NCBI GenBank assembly: GCA_002269645.1
Contig: NIVC01002847.1
Span: forward strand, 1-64,000
Direction: 5' to 3'
DNA: 64,000 bases
Origin: Macrostomum lignano
Lineage: Eukaryota
Shown here in pieces: positions 25,110-39,538 of this stretch. The notes under the pieces are model-generated. The model worked only from the letters and a program-made list of their open reading frames with translations. It had not been told where the DNA came from and did not search any database. Numbering within the stretch: position 1 is the first letter of the stretch; every line of letters begins with the position of its first letter. A program made the position numbers and the translations under genes.

Positions 25110-26046
25110 TCACAGAACGCATTCGCTGTGCCGAATCGGTCCTGGAGAGTCTTCACCGCCACCTCCAGGGCTGCGGCCGCCGCCATCGACGCCAGCGCAC
25201 CTGCCATTCTCTTCCATCAGCGACGTCTTGTCGTTGGCGAAGCACTGCGGCGTTGCCGGCGACAGCGCGTAGCTCTGCCTATTCAGCAGAGTGTGCGTCA
25301 GGATGCCCGCTACCAGGACGATGATGAGGACGAGCAGGACGCCGACGATCCACACCAGGGCGCACTTCAGTTTCTCCTCGGTGGCTCTGCTGCCGGCGCT
25401 GCTGCCAGTTGTCGACGTCTTCCTGGACGACGAGGACGCCCGACTGCGAATCAGTTCGGCGGACTCCAGCGCTGAAGTTACAGCGGATTCCGGCACAATT
25501 GTGACGCCGACCGCAGAAGCCGACGTCGTTGAGATGGTGGTGTCGGCGACGGGCCGGCTGCAGAGGAAGTGCACCCCGGGTGATTCCGGGCCTCTCCGGC
25601 AGAGAGTCTTCTGCGCCAGGAGAATTTCCGTCTCCATGCGGAAGCCGCCGTTGGCCAGGTGCATGCACACCGGGTCCTGGCGCGGCCGAGACTGGTCAAA
25701 TATGTCCGGCGTCTTGATGATGAAGCACAGAGCCAGCCTCTCGTCTAGCTTGTCGGGCCGGTGCGCCCGGTACAACATCCCCCTGAGCTGCTCCAGCAGC
25801 CACGGCTCCGCCCGCCAGTCTTGTGGGGATCTGCCCTCGGTGTCCACCTTCAGCAGGTCGGCGAAGCCGCTTGATTGGCAGGCGGCCACCAGCTCGGTGA
25901 GGCAGTCGTACAGCTGGCGCATTGTCAGCTCGTCGCCAGGCGGCACGTTGAACACCGGCGAGCGGGGTCGCGGGAACAGACCGAGATCCTGCCGCTTTGA
26001 AGGTTCCGCGAGCGAGCGGGACCGTCGGTGGGTTGTCGGCGGAAAG
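25110..26046 (-). CDS. Orphan membrane protein, exon 2 (ectodomain, TM helix, cytoplasmic tail)
   Basis: ctcctccag|C acceptor, phase 2, matching exon 1; TM segment CALVWIVGVLLVLIIVLVAGIL; GC-rich ORF. Confidence 0.75.
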
Positions 26047-26084
26047 CTGGAGGAGATGAAAAGTTGAGTTATTAAAGAACCTGG

Positions 26085-27025
26085 GATCTGGGATCTTGAG
26101 ATCTGGGATCTTGAGATCTGGGATCTTGAGATCTGGAATCTGAGGATTTGATCTGGGGATCTGGAATCTAGGGATCTGAGATCTAGGGATCTGGGATCTA
26201 GGGATCTGGGATCTAGGGATCTGGGATCTAGGGATCTGGGATCTAGGGATCTGGGATCTAGGGATCTGGGATCTAGGGATCTGGGATCTAGGGATCTGGG
26301 ATCTAGGGATCTGGGATCTAGGGATCTGGGATCTAGGGATCTGGGATCTAGGGATCCGGGATCTAGGGATCTGGGATCTAGGGATCCGGGATCTAGGGAT
26401 CTGTGATCTAGGGATCTGGGATCTATGGATCTGGGATCTAGGGATCTGGGATCTAGGGATCTGGGATCTACATGTAGGGATCTGGGATCTAGGGATCCGG
26501 GATCTAGTATCTAGAATCTAGGGATCTGGGATCTAGGGATCTGGGATCTAGGGATCTGGGATCTAGGGATCTGGGATCTGGGATCTAGGGATCTGGGATC
26601 TATGGATCTGGGATCTAGGGATCTGGGATCTAGGGATCTGGGATCTAGGGATCTGGGATTTAGGATCTAGAATCTAGGGATCTGGGATCTAGGAATCTGG
26701 GATCTAGGGATCTGAGATCTAGGAATCTTGAAATTAGGGATCTGAGATCTAGGAATCTTGAAATTAGGGATCTGGGATCTAGGGATCTGGGATCTAGGGA
26801 TCTGGGATCTAGGAATCTGGGATCTAGGGATCTGGGATCTAGGGATCTAGGATCTAGGGATCCGGGATCTAGGGATGCGGGATCTAGGGATCTGGGATCT
26901 AGGGATCCGGGATCTAGGGAACTGGGATCTAGGAATCTGGGATCTAGGGATCTGGGATCTAGGGATCCAGGATCTAGGATCTAGAATGTAGGGAATCTAG
27001 GATCTATGAATCTGGGATCTGGGAT
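26085..27025. repeat. GGGATCTAGGGATCT (7+8 bp) minisatellite filling the intron
   Basis: Direct tandem repetition. Confidence 0.95.
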
Positions 27026-27055
27026 CAGTTAGTTGAAATCTCGGATCAAACGCAC

Positions 27056-27177
27056 CTGTCTCCTTGCTGCAGCTCACGAGGATTCGCTTTTCCAGGCTTC
27101 CCCAAAAGGCCAACAATGGCTGCGGCAGCTACGAAGGCGCTAAAACTGAGCAATCTTCCACGCACGTTACGATTCAT
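27056..27177 (-). CDS. Orphan membrane protein, exon 1 (signal-peptide-like)
   Basis: MNRNVRGRLLSFSAFVAAAAIVGLLG; 122 nt ending AG|gtgcgt, phase 2; joined frame reads ...QQGDS FPPTTHRR... Confidence 0.65.
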
Positions 27178-27823
27178 TATTACCAACTGTGAGTCGAACT
27201 TCTGCTCAAAGCAGGTTTTACATGGCGAATCCTGCACCGTTTGCCGAGGCTGTATTTAAATAATCGAGTCGTCTGCGTTATCTTTAGTTTCTATCAATGC
27301 TCGAGTCGAATGCAGATTAACAAAGCAGACTTGCGTGGATTCTTGGCTGGGGCTTCGGCAGCAGAGACAGTAAAAAATTGGTTGAAAGCGGGTTTCAATC
27401 CTACTACTCAATCTGGGGGTGGGGGATTTGAAATTGCTCCGCCTCAACTGACACGGGGAGATTAGCTTGTTGGAAATTGAAAATCCTATATGTCTCTGAA
27501 TCCGTCTGTCTGTTTGGATTAAAGCCAGCGGTTGCCAAGGGGTCTACATTTGACTGGGCTATCTTGTCTATCGCTTCATCTCTACAGTGCGCCTCAGCTT
27601 CTTCTCGATTCTGCTATTGGCCGCTGGCTGATGAAGTTGGAATGGATTGCTGGGATGCGAGTGCGGGAGAGAGAGAAAGGGAAAGGATGCTGTAAAAAGT
27701 TGCAGAGATGGAGGAGCAAGCGAGGCCAGTCTCTCAAGCCTGTGATTTTTGGTCCGATAGCCGGCTTATGTTTTTTAGCTTAAATTTGATTCATTTCATT
27801 TTCAAATTTCTAGTGGGTTTATG

Positions 27824-28572
<749 letters not shown>

Positions 28573-29130
28573 TCAACACGATAATCTGTCAATTACCAAA
28601 TCTTTCAAACAAAAAGACGCAACAATTTTTCTTATTGCCAAATCTGCAAGCAGAAGAAGCCAATTAGGAGATTAGCGCCCGCGGCAGGTGAAATCGGCGT
28701 TAAGCCAACGGGGAAGCTAATTTGGGATCTTGAAGAGAAAGATAGGTAGGTAAGCTGCATCGATTGGTTCGATTGCCGAAATCCGATTCGGACACGAAGA
28801 CTAGGCTGAGTTGAGCTGGGACAGTTGTAGAACGCCATAGCAACCAATGCTCGTGCTGCAATGTAGCCAGCAGCTAGCGATGGGTCAATGCCAGCTGGGC
28901 TCAGCGCCACCGTTCAGGAATTATCTCTTTCGCGTGCCTGGCCCGCGGGGGTTCGATCCGTGCCGGCTCCCGCCTGGTGAGACAAGTTTAGCCTTCAATC
29001 CTGTGGGAAAGTTTGCATGCACCTTTCATTACAATTAACTAGCTCTCTCCGTGTGCGATGACGGTAAGGAAAAATAGAGTTAGTCTTTGTTAACATTGGC
29101 ATTGATTTCGGAATCAGATTTTCAGGCCGC

Positions 29131-29729
<599 letters not shown>

Positions 29730-30692
29730 TCAGCTTATGTTTTCATAACTAGGCTTGCCCCAGAGGACAAGAATTTATGATGCAGTGAGTCAGGTCAGTG
29801 AATTTGAGTATCGCATTGTAAAATTTTAAATCCTGGGAAAGTTTTATCACTCTGTTTTATCACCTTAGCCAGTTTTTCTTAATACTCATACATTTTCGTG
29901 ACCGTCCGCAGTCTCTCCTACAGAGTTGAAGCCGGGATTTAATTGCTCCGCAACATCAAGCATGAAAAAATTTTTGGCCCAGGGTCGCTCGTTGCGTGCC
30001 GGTCTTAAACATTTCTTACTTAGAATTTATCCTGAATTTCTTCAGGACATTCAGTAGCTCTGCGTGTGTACATAGTACGTGTACATATTGGGTGTACATC
30101 GTGTGTACATAGTGTGCGCACATAGTGTGTTTACATAGTGTGTGTACATAGTGGGTTTAAATGCTAAATATGGTAACTTTCAATAGCCCTCTATGGAATA
30201 TAAGTTCAATAGATGGTCTTGAAACAGTTTTTGAAGTGGTCGCATTTCAATCTGATCTGATAAAACAATAAGATATGCATTCGCAAAGTGAAATGCTACA
30301 GCTAACTCGATCTTAAGCCCTCTTACAGATCATAGCTCATCTGCTCATGGAGAAAATATCAATATTTCATATCAGACTTATGCGAGCAGAGATTCTGGCA
30401 AGCGGCACTGCTTATGCAAACAGAATAACTCGAGCATAGCATTGCAGTACTGAGTGCAGAAATAAATTGCTTGTAGAATGGAAGCTTTCATAGAGCCACT
30501 GCAGCCTCTGCAACAGCAGGCATCCCTTAACCCTGTTTTAGATCACTTCCGGCTTTTCTTTGTCAACTTGTGTAAATGCAGTGGCAATGTTTTTTCAAAA
30601 GAATTCATCGATCCGCCGACTAACAGTTTTTTCTTTGCTTTTTTGTAGCAGTTTTTATTGACTTCTGACTCTGATGATAGAACACTAGTTTG

Positions 30693-33600
30693 CCTTGGTG
30701 CTGGCGCCCCTTGGTGCTAAAGCCCCTTGGTGCTAAAGCCCCTTGGTGCTAAAGCCCCTTGGTGCTAAAGCCCCTTGGTGCTAAAGCCCCTTGGTGCTAA
30801 AGCCCCTTGGTGCTAAAGCCCCTTGGTGCTAAAGCCCCAAGGTGCTAAAGCCCCTTGGTGCTAAAGCCCCAAGGTGCTAAAGCCCCTTGGTGCTGGCGCC
30901 CCTTGGTGCTAAAGCCCCTTGGTGCTAAAGCCCCTTGGTGCTGGCGCCCCTTGGTGCTGGCGCCCCTTGGTGCTAAAGCCCCTTGGTGCTAAAGCCCCTT
31001 GGTGCTAAAGCCCCTTGGTGCTAAAGCCCCTTGGTGCTAAAGCCCCTTGGTGCTAAAGCCCCTTGGTGCTAAAGCCCCTTGGTGCTAAAGCCCCTTGGTG
31101 CTAAAGCCCCTTGGTGCTAAAGCCCCTTGGTGCTAAAGCCCCTTGGTGCTAAAGCCCCTTGGTGCTAAAGCCCCTTGGTGCTAAAGCCCCTTGGTGCTAA
31201 AGCCCCTTGGTGCTAAAGCCCCTTGGTGCTAAAGCCCCTTGGTGCTAAAGCCCCTTGGTGCTAAAGCCCCTTGGTGCTAAAGCCCCTTGGTGCTAAAGCC
31301 CCTTGGTGCTAAAGCCCCTTGGTGCTAAAGCCCCTTGGTGCTAAAGCCCCTTGGTGCTGGCGCCCCTTGGTGCTGGCGCCCCTTGGTGCTAAAGCCCCTT
31401 GGTGCTAAAGCCCCTTGGTGCTGGCGCCCCTTGGTGCTAAAGCCCCTTGGTGCTAAAGCCCTTGGTGCTAAAGCCCCTTGGTGCTAAAGCCCCTTGGTGC
31501 TAAAGCCCCTTGGTGCTAAAGCCCCTTGGTGCTAAAGCCCCTTGGTGCTAAAGCCCCTTGGTGCTAAAGCCCCTTGGTGCTAAAGCCCCTTGGTGCTAAA
31601 GCCCCTTGGTGCTAAAGCCCCTTGGTGCTAAAGCCCCTTGGTGCTAAAGCCCCTTGGTGCTAAAGCCCCTTGGTGCTAAAGCCCCTTGGTGCTAAAGCCC
31701 CTTGGTGCTAAAGCCCCTTGGTGCTAAAGCCCCTTGGTGCTAAAGCCCCTTGGTGCTGGCGCCCCTTGGTGCTAAAGCCCCTTGGTGCTAAAGCCCTTGG
31801 TGCTGGCGCCCCTTGGTGCTGGCGCCCCTTGGTGCTAAAGCCCCTTGGTGCTAAAGCCCCTTGGTGCTAAAGCCCCTTGGTGCTAAAGCCCCTTGGTGCT
31901 AAAGCCCCTTGGTGCTAAAGCCCTTGGTGCTAAAGCCCCTTGGTGCTAAAGCCCCTTGGTGCTAAAGCCCCTTGGTGCTAAAGCCCCTTGGTGCTAAAGC
32001 CCCTTGGTGCTAAAGCCCCTTGGTGCTAAAGCCCCTTGGTGCTAAAGCCCCTTGGTGCTAAAGCCCCTTGGTGCTAAAGCCCCTTGGTGCTAAAGCCCCT
32101 TGGTGCTAAAGCCCCTTGGTGCTAAAGCCCCTTGGTGCTAAAGCCCCTTGGTGCTAAAGCCCCTTGGTGCTAAAGCCCCTTGGTGCTAAAGCCCCTTGGT
32201 GCTGGCGCCCCTTGGTGCTGGCGCCCCTTGGTGCTGGCGCCCCTTGGTGCTGGCGCCCCTTGGTGCTGGCGCCCCTTGGTGCTAAAGCCCCTTGGTGCTA
32301 AAGCCCCTTGGTGCTAAAGCCCCTTGGTGCTAAAGCCCCTTGGTGCTAAAGCCCCTTGGTGCTAAAGCCCCTTGGTGCTAAAGCCCCTTGGTGCTAAAGC
32401 CCCTTGGTGCTAAAGCCCCTTGGTGCTAAAGCCCCTTGGTGCTAAAGCCCCTTGGTGCTAAAGCCCCTTGGTGCTAAAGCCCCTTGGTGCTAAAGCCCCT
32501 TGGTGCTAAAGCCCCTTGGTGCTAAAGCCCCTTGGTGCTAAAGCCCCTTGGTGCTAAAGCCCCTTGGTGCTAAAGCCCCTTGGTGCTAAAGCCCCTTGGT
32601 GCTAAAGCCCCTTGGTGCTAAAGCCCCTTGATGCTAAAGCCCCTAGGTGCTAAAGCCCCTTGATGCTAAAGCCCCTTGGTGCTAAAGCCCCTTGGTGCTA
32701 AAGCCCCTTGGTGCTAAAGCCCCTTGGTGCTAAAGCCCTTGGTGCTAAAGCCCCTTGGTGCTAAAGCCCCTTGGTGCTAAAGCCCCTTGGTGCTAAAGCC
32801 CCTTGATGCTAAAGCCCCTTGGTGCTAAAGCCCCTTGGTGCTAAAGCCCCTTGGTGCTAAAGCCCCTTGATGCTAAAGCCCCTTGGTGCTAAAGCCCCTT
32901 GGTGCTAAAGCCCCTTGGTGCTAAAGCCCCTTGATGCTAAAGCCCCTTGGTGCTAAAGCCCCTTGGTGCTAAAGCCCCTTGGTGCTAAAGCCCCTTGGTG
33001 CTAAAGCCCCTTGGTGCTTAAGCCCCTTGGTGCTAAAGCCCCTTGGTGCTAAAGCCCCTTGGTGCTAAAGCCCCTTGGTGCTAAAGCCCCTTGGTGCTAA
33101 AGCCCCTTGGTGCTAAAGCCCCTTGGTGCTAAAGCCCCTTGGTGCTAAAGCCCCTTGGTGCTAAAGCCCCTTGGTGCTAAAGCCCCTTGGTGCTGGCGCC
33201 CCTTGGTGCTGGCGCCCCTTGGTGCTAAAGCCCCTTGGTGCTAAAGCCCCTTGGTGCTAAAGCCCCTTGGTGCTAAAGCCCCTTGGTGCTAAAGCCCTTG
33301 GTGCTAAAGCCCCTTGGTGCTAAAGCCCCTTGGTGCTAAAGCCCCTTGGTGCTAAAGCCCCTTGGTGCTAAAGCCCCTTGGTGCTAAAGCCCCTTGGTGC
33401 TAAAGCCCCTTGGTGCTAAAGCCCCTTGGTGCTAAAGCCCCTTGGTGCTAAAGCCCCTTGGTGCTAAAGCCCCTTGGTGCTAAAGCCCCTTGGTGCTAAA
33501 GCCCCTTGGTGCTAAAGCCCCTTGGTGCTAAAGCCCCTTGGTGCTAAAGCCCCTTGGTGCTAAAGCCCCTTGGTGCTAAAGCCCCTTGGTGCTAAAGCCC

Positions 33601-34365
33601 CTTGGTGCTAAAGCCCCTTGATGCTAAAGCCCCTAGGTGCTAAAGCCCCTTGATGCTAAAGCCCCTTGGTGCTAAAGCCCCTTGGTGCTAAAGCCCCTTG
33701 GTGCTAAAGCCCCTTGGTGCTAAAGCCCCTTGGTGCTAAAGCCCCTTGGTGCTAAAGCCCCTTGGTGCTAAAGCCCCTTGGTGCTAAAGCCCCTTGATGC
33801 TAAAGCCCCTTGGTGCTAAAGCCCCTTGGTGCTAAAGCCCCTTGGTGCTAAAGCCCCTTGGTGCTAAAGCCCCTTGGTGCTAAAGCCCCTTGGTGCTAAA
33901 GCCCCTTGGTGCTAAAGCCCCTTGGTGCTAAAGCCCCTTGGTGCTAAAGCCCCTTGGTGCTAAAGCCCCTTGGTGCTAAAGCCCCTTGGTGCTAAAGCCC
34001 CTTGGTGCTTAAGCCCCTTGGTGCTAAAGCCCCTTGGTGCTAAAGCCCCTTGGTGCTAAAGCCCCTTGGTGCTAAAGCCCCTTGGTGCTAAAGCCCCTTG
34101 GTGCTAAAGCCCCTTGGTGCTAAAGCCCCTTGGTGCTAAAGCCCCTTGGTGCTAAAGCCCCTTGGTGCTAAAGCCCCTTGGTGCTAAAGCCCCTTGGTGC
34201 TAAAGCCCCTTGGTGCTAAAGCCCCTTGGTGCTAAAGCCCCTTGGTGCTAAAGCCCCTTGGTGCTAAAGCCCCTTGGTGCTAAAGCCCCTTGGTGCTAAA
34301 GCCCCTTGGTGCTAAAGCCCCTTGGTGCTAAAGCCCCTTGGTGCTAAAGCCCCTTGGTGCTTAAG
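30693..34365. repeat. 16-bp minisatellite GGTGCTAAAGCCCCTT, ~3.7 kb
   Basis: Highly homogeneous array with interspersed GGTGCTGGCGCCCCTT and GATGCT variants. Confidence 0.97.
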
Positions 34366-35019
34366 CCGAATTTCTCAGACGAATTCGTCTATGGCAAAAC
34401 CTCATTAAGCGCTATTCGTTCTCGAGAGTATGCTAAAATCCATTCCACTTTGTGCAAACAAACTGAGATTAATCTTTCTCGATGCTAATAAATTCCCAAC
34501 TAAATGGTATCCTTTGGGTATCTCCCTTTGTCTCATTGCAGCTGTACTTTAATAACGGAGCTACCTAAAATTCCTCAGATTGTAATCTCTCGGGCAGCTC
34601 CTCATAATCTCTATGCATCCCCAAATTCCCAAGGTAGATTGTTTCTAGTGATGCCAGAATTAATTATGAAGTGTCAAGGCGCAGCTCCACATTATTGTCT
34701 GTTTTCTGTTTTCAACTCCTAATCATAGCTGCATCGCAGTTCTTCATCTCTTATCGCCAGTCTCAAATCAATGAGTTTGAGCGGACTGACACTTGCCTCA
34801 CTGACTATGCAGCGCCATAAGCTGCACACTAAACACTTACCTCTTGTGGTGTCTATTTTTTCGACTTTAAAAAGTGCAATCTGATTAATTAATTGGCTCT
34901 GAACGTTTGTATGCGTACGAGCGTACATTGCGATGGTCAGTCTGTAGTCTTGTTCTACATTTTAACCGTAAATGCCTACCGAAAAGTGAATCTTTCACTA
35001 CCCATTAGTGGGTGAGTTC

Positions 35020-36057
35020 ATAGCTTAATGAGTGAGTCAATAGATTAATGAGTGAGTTCAAAGCTTAATGAGTGAGTTCTTAGTTTCCTGACTGAGTTCA
35101 AATCTTCATGACTGAGTTCAAAGCTACATGACTAAGTTCATAGCTTCATGAGTGAGTTCAAAGCTTCATGAGTGAGTTCACAGCTTAATGAGTGAGTTCA
35201 CAGCTTAATGAGTGAGTACAAAGCTTCATGACTGAGTTCACAGCTTCATGAGTGAGTTCAAAGCTTCATGAGTGAGTTCACAGCTTAATGAGTGAGTTCA
35301 AAGCTTCATGAGTGAGTTCATAGCTTCATGAGTGAGTTCATAGCTTCATGAGGGAGTTCAAAGCTTCATGAGTGAGTTCATAGCTTCATGAGTGAGTTCA
35401 TAGTTTCATGAGTAAGTTCAAAGCTTCATGAGTGAGTTAAAAGCTTCATGAGTGAGTTAAAAGCTTTATGAGTGAGTTCACAGCTTAATGAGTGAGTTCA
35501 CAGCTTAATGAGTGAGTACAAAGCTTCCTGACTGAGTTCATAGCTTCATGAGTGAGTTCAAAGCTTCATGAGTGAGTTCACAGCTTAATGAGTGAGTTCA
35601 CAGCTTAATGAGTGAGTACAAAGCTTCATGACTGAGTTCACAGCTTCATGAGTGAGTTCAAAGCTTCATGAGTGAGTTCACAGCTTAATGAGTGAGTTCA
35701 AAGCTTCATGAGTGAGTTCATAGCTTCATGAGTGAGTTCATAGCTTCATGAGGGAGTTCAAAGCTTCATGAGTGAGTTCATAGCTTCATGAGTGAGTTCA
35801 TAGTTTCATGAGTAAGTTCAAAGCTTCATGAGTGAGTTAAAAGCTTCATGAGTGAGTTAAAAGCTTTATGAGTGAGTTCATAGTTTGATGAGTGAATTAA
35901 AAGCTTTATGAGTGAGTTAAAAGCTTCATGAGTGAGTTAAAAGCTTCATGAGTGAGTTCAAAGCTTCATGAGTGAGCTCAAAGCTTCATGAGTGAGTTAA
36001 AAGCTTCATGAGTGAGCTCAAAGCTTCATGAGTGAGCTCAAAGCTTCATGAGTGAGT
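35020..36057. repeat. 20-bp minisatellite AGCTTCATGAGTGAGTTCAA
   Basis: Direct tandem repetition. Confidence 0.95.
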
Positions 36058-38141
36058 CTGCTAAGCAATTCTGTCATCAATGTCAGTCTTGTGATATTTT
36101 AGAAACGCACTTTACAGTGAAATTGAGTTAATTTGATTTAATTTGTTAATTTAACGGGCTAAGATTATAATTCTGTACTCAAAATTGAGCAGTAGTTCTA
36201 CGGTTCCTATGGTCAGTTTCTGAGTAGGAGAAGGTCACAGTGGGGTGCAAATTTCCCCATGACAGCTAAGTGGCTTCTCAAATCGCGCGACTTGCAGCAT
36301 CTCGTAGCGGAACGATTGATTTTCTATCGCTCTCAGGCTCAAACTCGTCCTGCTCAAGCTCAGTATAGCTTAGCAAAATAATGACTACATTATTTTCAGG
36401 AGTAAGCTTGACCACAATCTTGAAACTACTTATAAGTAGTGTAAGCTAAAATATTGATAATATAAGACATATAAGTTAAGCGCAGTTGCAGACTGAATGA
36501 ACAGTTGTGAGCAAGCGTTAATCAACGAGGATAGAATCAGTTAATGTTCACCCGTCCGTGCTTTGTGAGCCTTCTTGATGATCTGAAATTGTTTTGAATT
36601 CAGGCTTGAATTGATTATGTTCCAGTTCAAATAGTACGCAACTTCCTAAGCTCCAAGTTTGAGACAGCCGAAAATTCGGACTTTTTGAACTTTAGGTAGA
36701 TAGAATAGTTGCAGTTTCGATAGGATCATAATTTTGTCTCTATGGCCCGGGTATTTGCTGGTGCTGATTTCAAATTTGAGCTTCATTTTTTTGTAGCTTA
36801 AAGCCAACCACCAAAGCATGGGGAATGGGGGGATTTAGGATGGGGAGAATCTTCATGGGGATGGATTTTACGTACCTAAACTTCAATAGAGGCATGGAGA
36901 TCTATTGAAGATTAGGTAAGATAAATTCCGAGACTGAGGGGGGAGGGTCTTAAGGGGGAATTGCAATGAAGCTTAAATAAAAAATTCAGCAAGTTATCAA
37001 ACACCTTCATGGAGAAAAAAATATAATCCTATCAAAACTAATTGATATCGGCAGCTGTAGTTACCCTCAGAATGGAGACAATGCAGATGAGTAGAAATTA
37101 GTATAGGTAAATAAGTAAAGAACGTACGGCTTAGTAGTCGTAGTAGTAACTTAGAATGTTTTCGAATGCGACGATGTTAAGGTTCGAACTTATGAATTTT
37201 ACCATCCCTTAGCTATCACTTCCATTAATCTGGATTTAAGCAGCTTTTTAAAAATTCAGAAAATATATACTTTTCTATTGTCTTCTAGCTTCACAAGTGC
37301 AATAGTCACTTGCCTCAACAGCTCCAAGCGACAGCTGTTCAAAGCTGCGATTGAAGTACGCCAGATTTGAGTTAATGGTGACCCTGTAAAAGCAGAGATC
37401 GGGATAGTGCAGCGGTCGCACTCGGCAGCAGGTCAAGACGATCCAAGGCAACGTCTGGCACAGCTGGATGAGCTCCCTGGCCTGGTTGTAGTACTCGGCG
37501 TGGTCCGAGAACTCAAGACGAACTGTTACGGAGACCTCCGACCCGATTGCCTCCATGCAGGACAACTGGCTGGGCGAGGTTATTTGGCTTGCATGCGTTG
37601 CAGCTCTAGCGAGCTAGCGGTAATGCAAATTTTCGATGCACGGAATTCAAAAGGAGAGGGCGCGCTTTTGCCTTATCCACATAGTCTATGGCATTTGGAG
37701 AGAGAACACACGACTTATGCTATCTGTGCGAGGGCGGAACACGATGTACTTACTATACAATTGACCCATTTGTTCATTGAGCCTCGATGTAACTTTAGGC
37801 TTAGTAACTGCTCTTGGAATCAAATTGGATTATTGTAAGTTGCTTGATACTACTGACTAAAGTGACTGAGAATTTTAAATTCGGATTAAAAATGTTCGAT
37901 TCGGCATTCTGTGTAAATTTTGCAGTTTTGCTTTAAAATGTATTGACGAGATACAGAAGATTGTCATTTTTTAGCAATAAAATTCCCATATCCCAACGTC
38001 TGCACCACATATTCTGTGGTCTGGACTCCAGACTCGCAGATTTTGATTGCATGGTCTTTATTCGAAGTTTATAAGTTAGCGTTTCGTCTAACCTAGAGAC
38101 AAGTCAGTTTCAGTATAGGATTGCTTGCTTTTGTTAAACAT

Positions 38142-38274
38142 CAGGGGTCGGATACTCCGGCCCGCGGGCCACATGCGGTCACTACGCCTCTCTATTTGCT
38201 CTTGGGGCCTTTGAAATTTCACAATAGCAATTCGGCCTCAAGGTTGGTTGTCTCTTTTCAGCTCTCTTCTCTAA

Positions 38275-38355
<81 letters not shown>

Positions 38356-38663
38356 CTCTCTCCTCTCTTCTCCTCTCCTCTCCTCTCCTCTCCTCTCCTC
38401 TCCTCTCCTCTCCTCTCCTCTCCTCTCTTCTCCTCTCTTCTCTTCTCTTCTCCTCTCCTCTCCTCTCCTCTCCTCTCCTCTCCTCTCCTCTCCTCTCCTC
38501 TCCTCTCCTCTCCTCTCCTTTTCTCTCCTTTCCTCTCCTCTCCTCGCTCCTCTCTCTTATTTCCTCTCTTTTCTACTCCATCTCCTTTCTCCTCTCCTCT
38601 GGCCCGCAGTCATGCGCTAGGTTCCCCATGTGGCCCTGGAGACTAAGAGTTTGCCAACCCCTG
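38142..38663. mobile_element. hAT (Charlie-like) MITE with internal (CT)n/(CTCCT)n expansion
   Basis: CAGGGGT...ACCCCTG ends, subterminal GGCCCGCGGGCC; 8-bp flanks TTAAACAT / ATCTACAT match only 5/8. Confidence 0.55.
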
Positions 38664-38747
38664 ATCTACATGTAATTTGCACTGCGTGGGCATGCAGAAT
38701 AAACAAAATTAGCTCGTGAAAGCAACTGTCAACAAGTCGTGCATATA

Positions 38748-39538
38748 TACCTTTTAACATTTTTTGGACATAAGTGAAGTTAATTTAGTCATTAGTCAGC
38801 TCAGTCCTAGAAAAGTGAGTTTGATTTAGTCAGCAGTCGAGGTTTACCATAGACTATAGTTAAGAAATGAAATCGATTTAGTCAAGTGCCACGTATTTAA
38901 ACCCTTCCATGACTTGATTTTAGTCAAAGTGAATTTTATTTAGTCATCATGGCGGCAGAGTTCATGGCTTGCAGAGTTTTGTTGCAGAGTTCATGCCTGA
39001 ACTGTCTGCATTGGTTGATGAGCCGTTCTGCCTTCTATTTGACAATGCTCGTGCCCATCCTGGAATCCACCAGCTGGAATCCACCAGCCATGGAGGTAGA
39101 GCAAGAGTTCAAGCCTTTATCACCTTATTCTCTGTTTCTTGAGCGTGAACTGGAGGTCAGTATAGCAGCTGCCTCACTGCGAAGCCTGGCATCGTGAGAG
39201 CCTTCGGTACATACCCCGCTGCATTGCCACGAAAGACATCGAAGAAATCGTTGATTGAGTTGAAAAGTGAAGCGTCGTAACAATAATTTGTTGTGTCTTG
39301 TGTTGTGTTGTGTTTGTTTGTGTTCTTCTCAAAGATAAAACGACTAAATAAAATTCACTTTGACTTAATAAAAGTTACGAAAGACGGATTTAGAGAACCT
39401 TGACTAAATCGATTTCATTTCTTTACCATAGTCTATGGTAAACCCCGAGTGCTGACTAAATCAAACTCACTTTTCTAGGACTGAGCTGGCTAATGACTAA
39501 ATTAACTTCACTTATGTCCAAAAAATTGTTAAAAGGTA
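38748..39538. mobile_element. Internally deleted IS630/Tc1-mariner element
   Basis: Near-perfect TIRs of ~140 bp (38748-38890 and 39400-39538), TA on both flanks, remnant transposase motifs FDNARAH and PLSPYS in different frames. Confidence 0.75.

Noticed and set aside
28900-29030. Second SINE or tRNA gene (GGTTCGATCC B-box-like)
   Set aside because: No convincing A box, cloverleaf, tail or TSD.
30693-36057. CRISPR-like array call for the 16-bp and 20-bp (or 27-bp) repeats
   Set aside because: No unique spacers, no cas genes, eukaryotic context.
36234-36260. Transib-like terminus CACAGTGGG
   Set aside because: No matching inverted end or transposase found.
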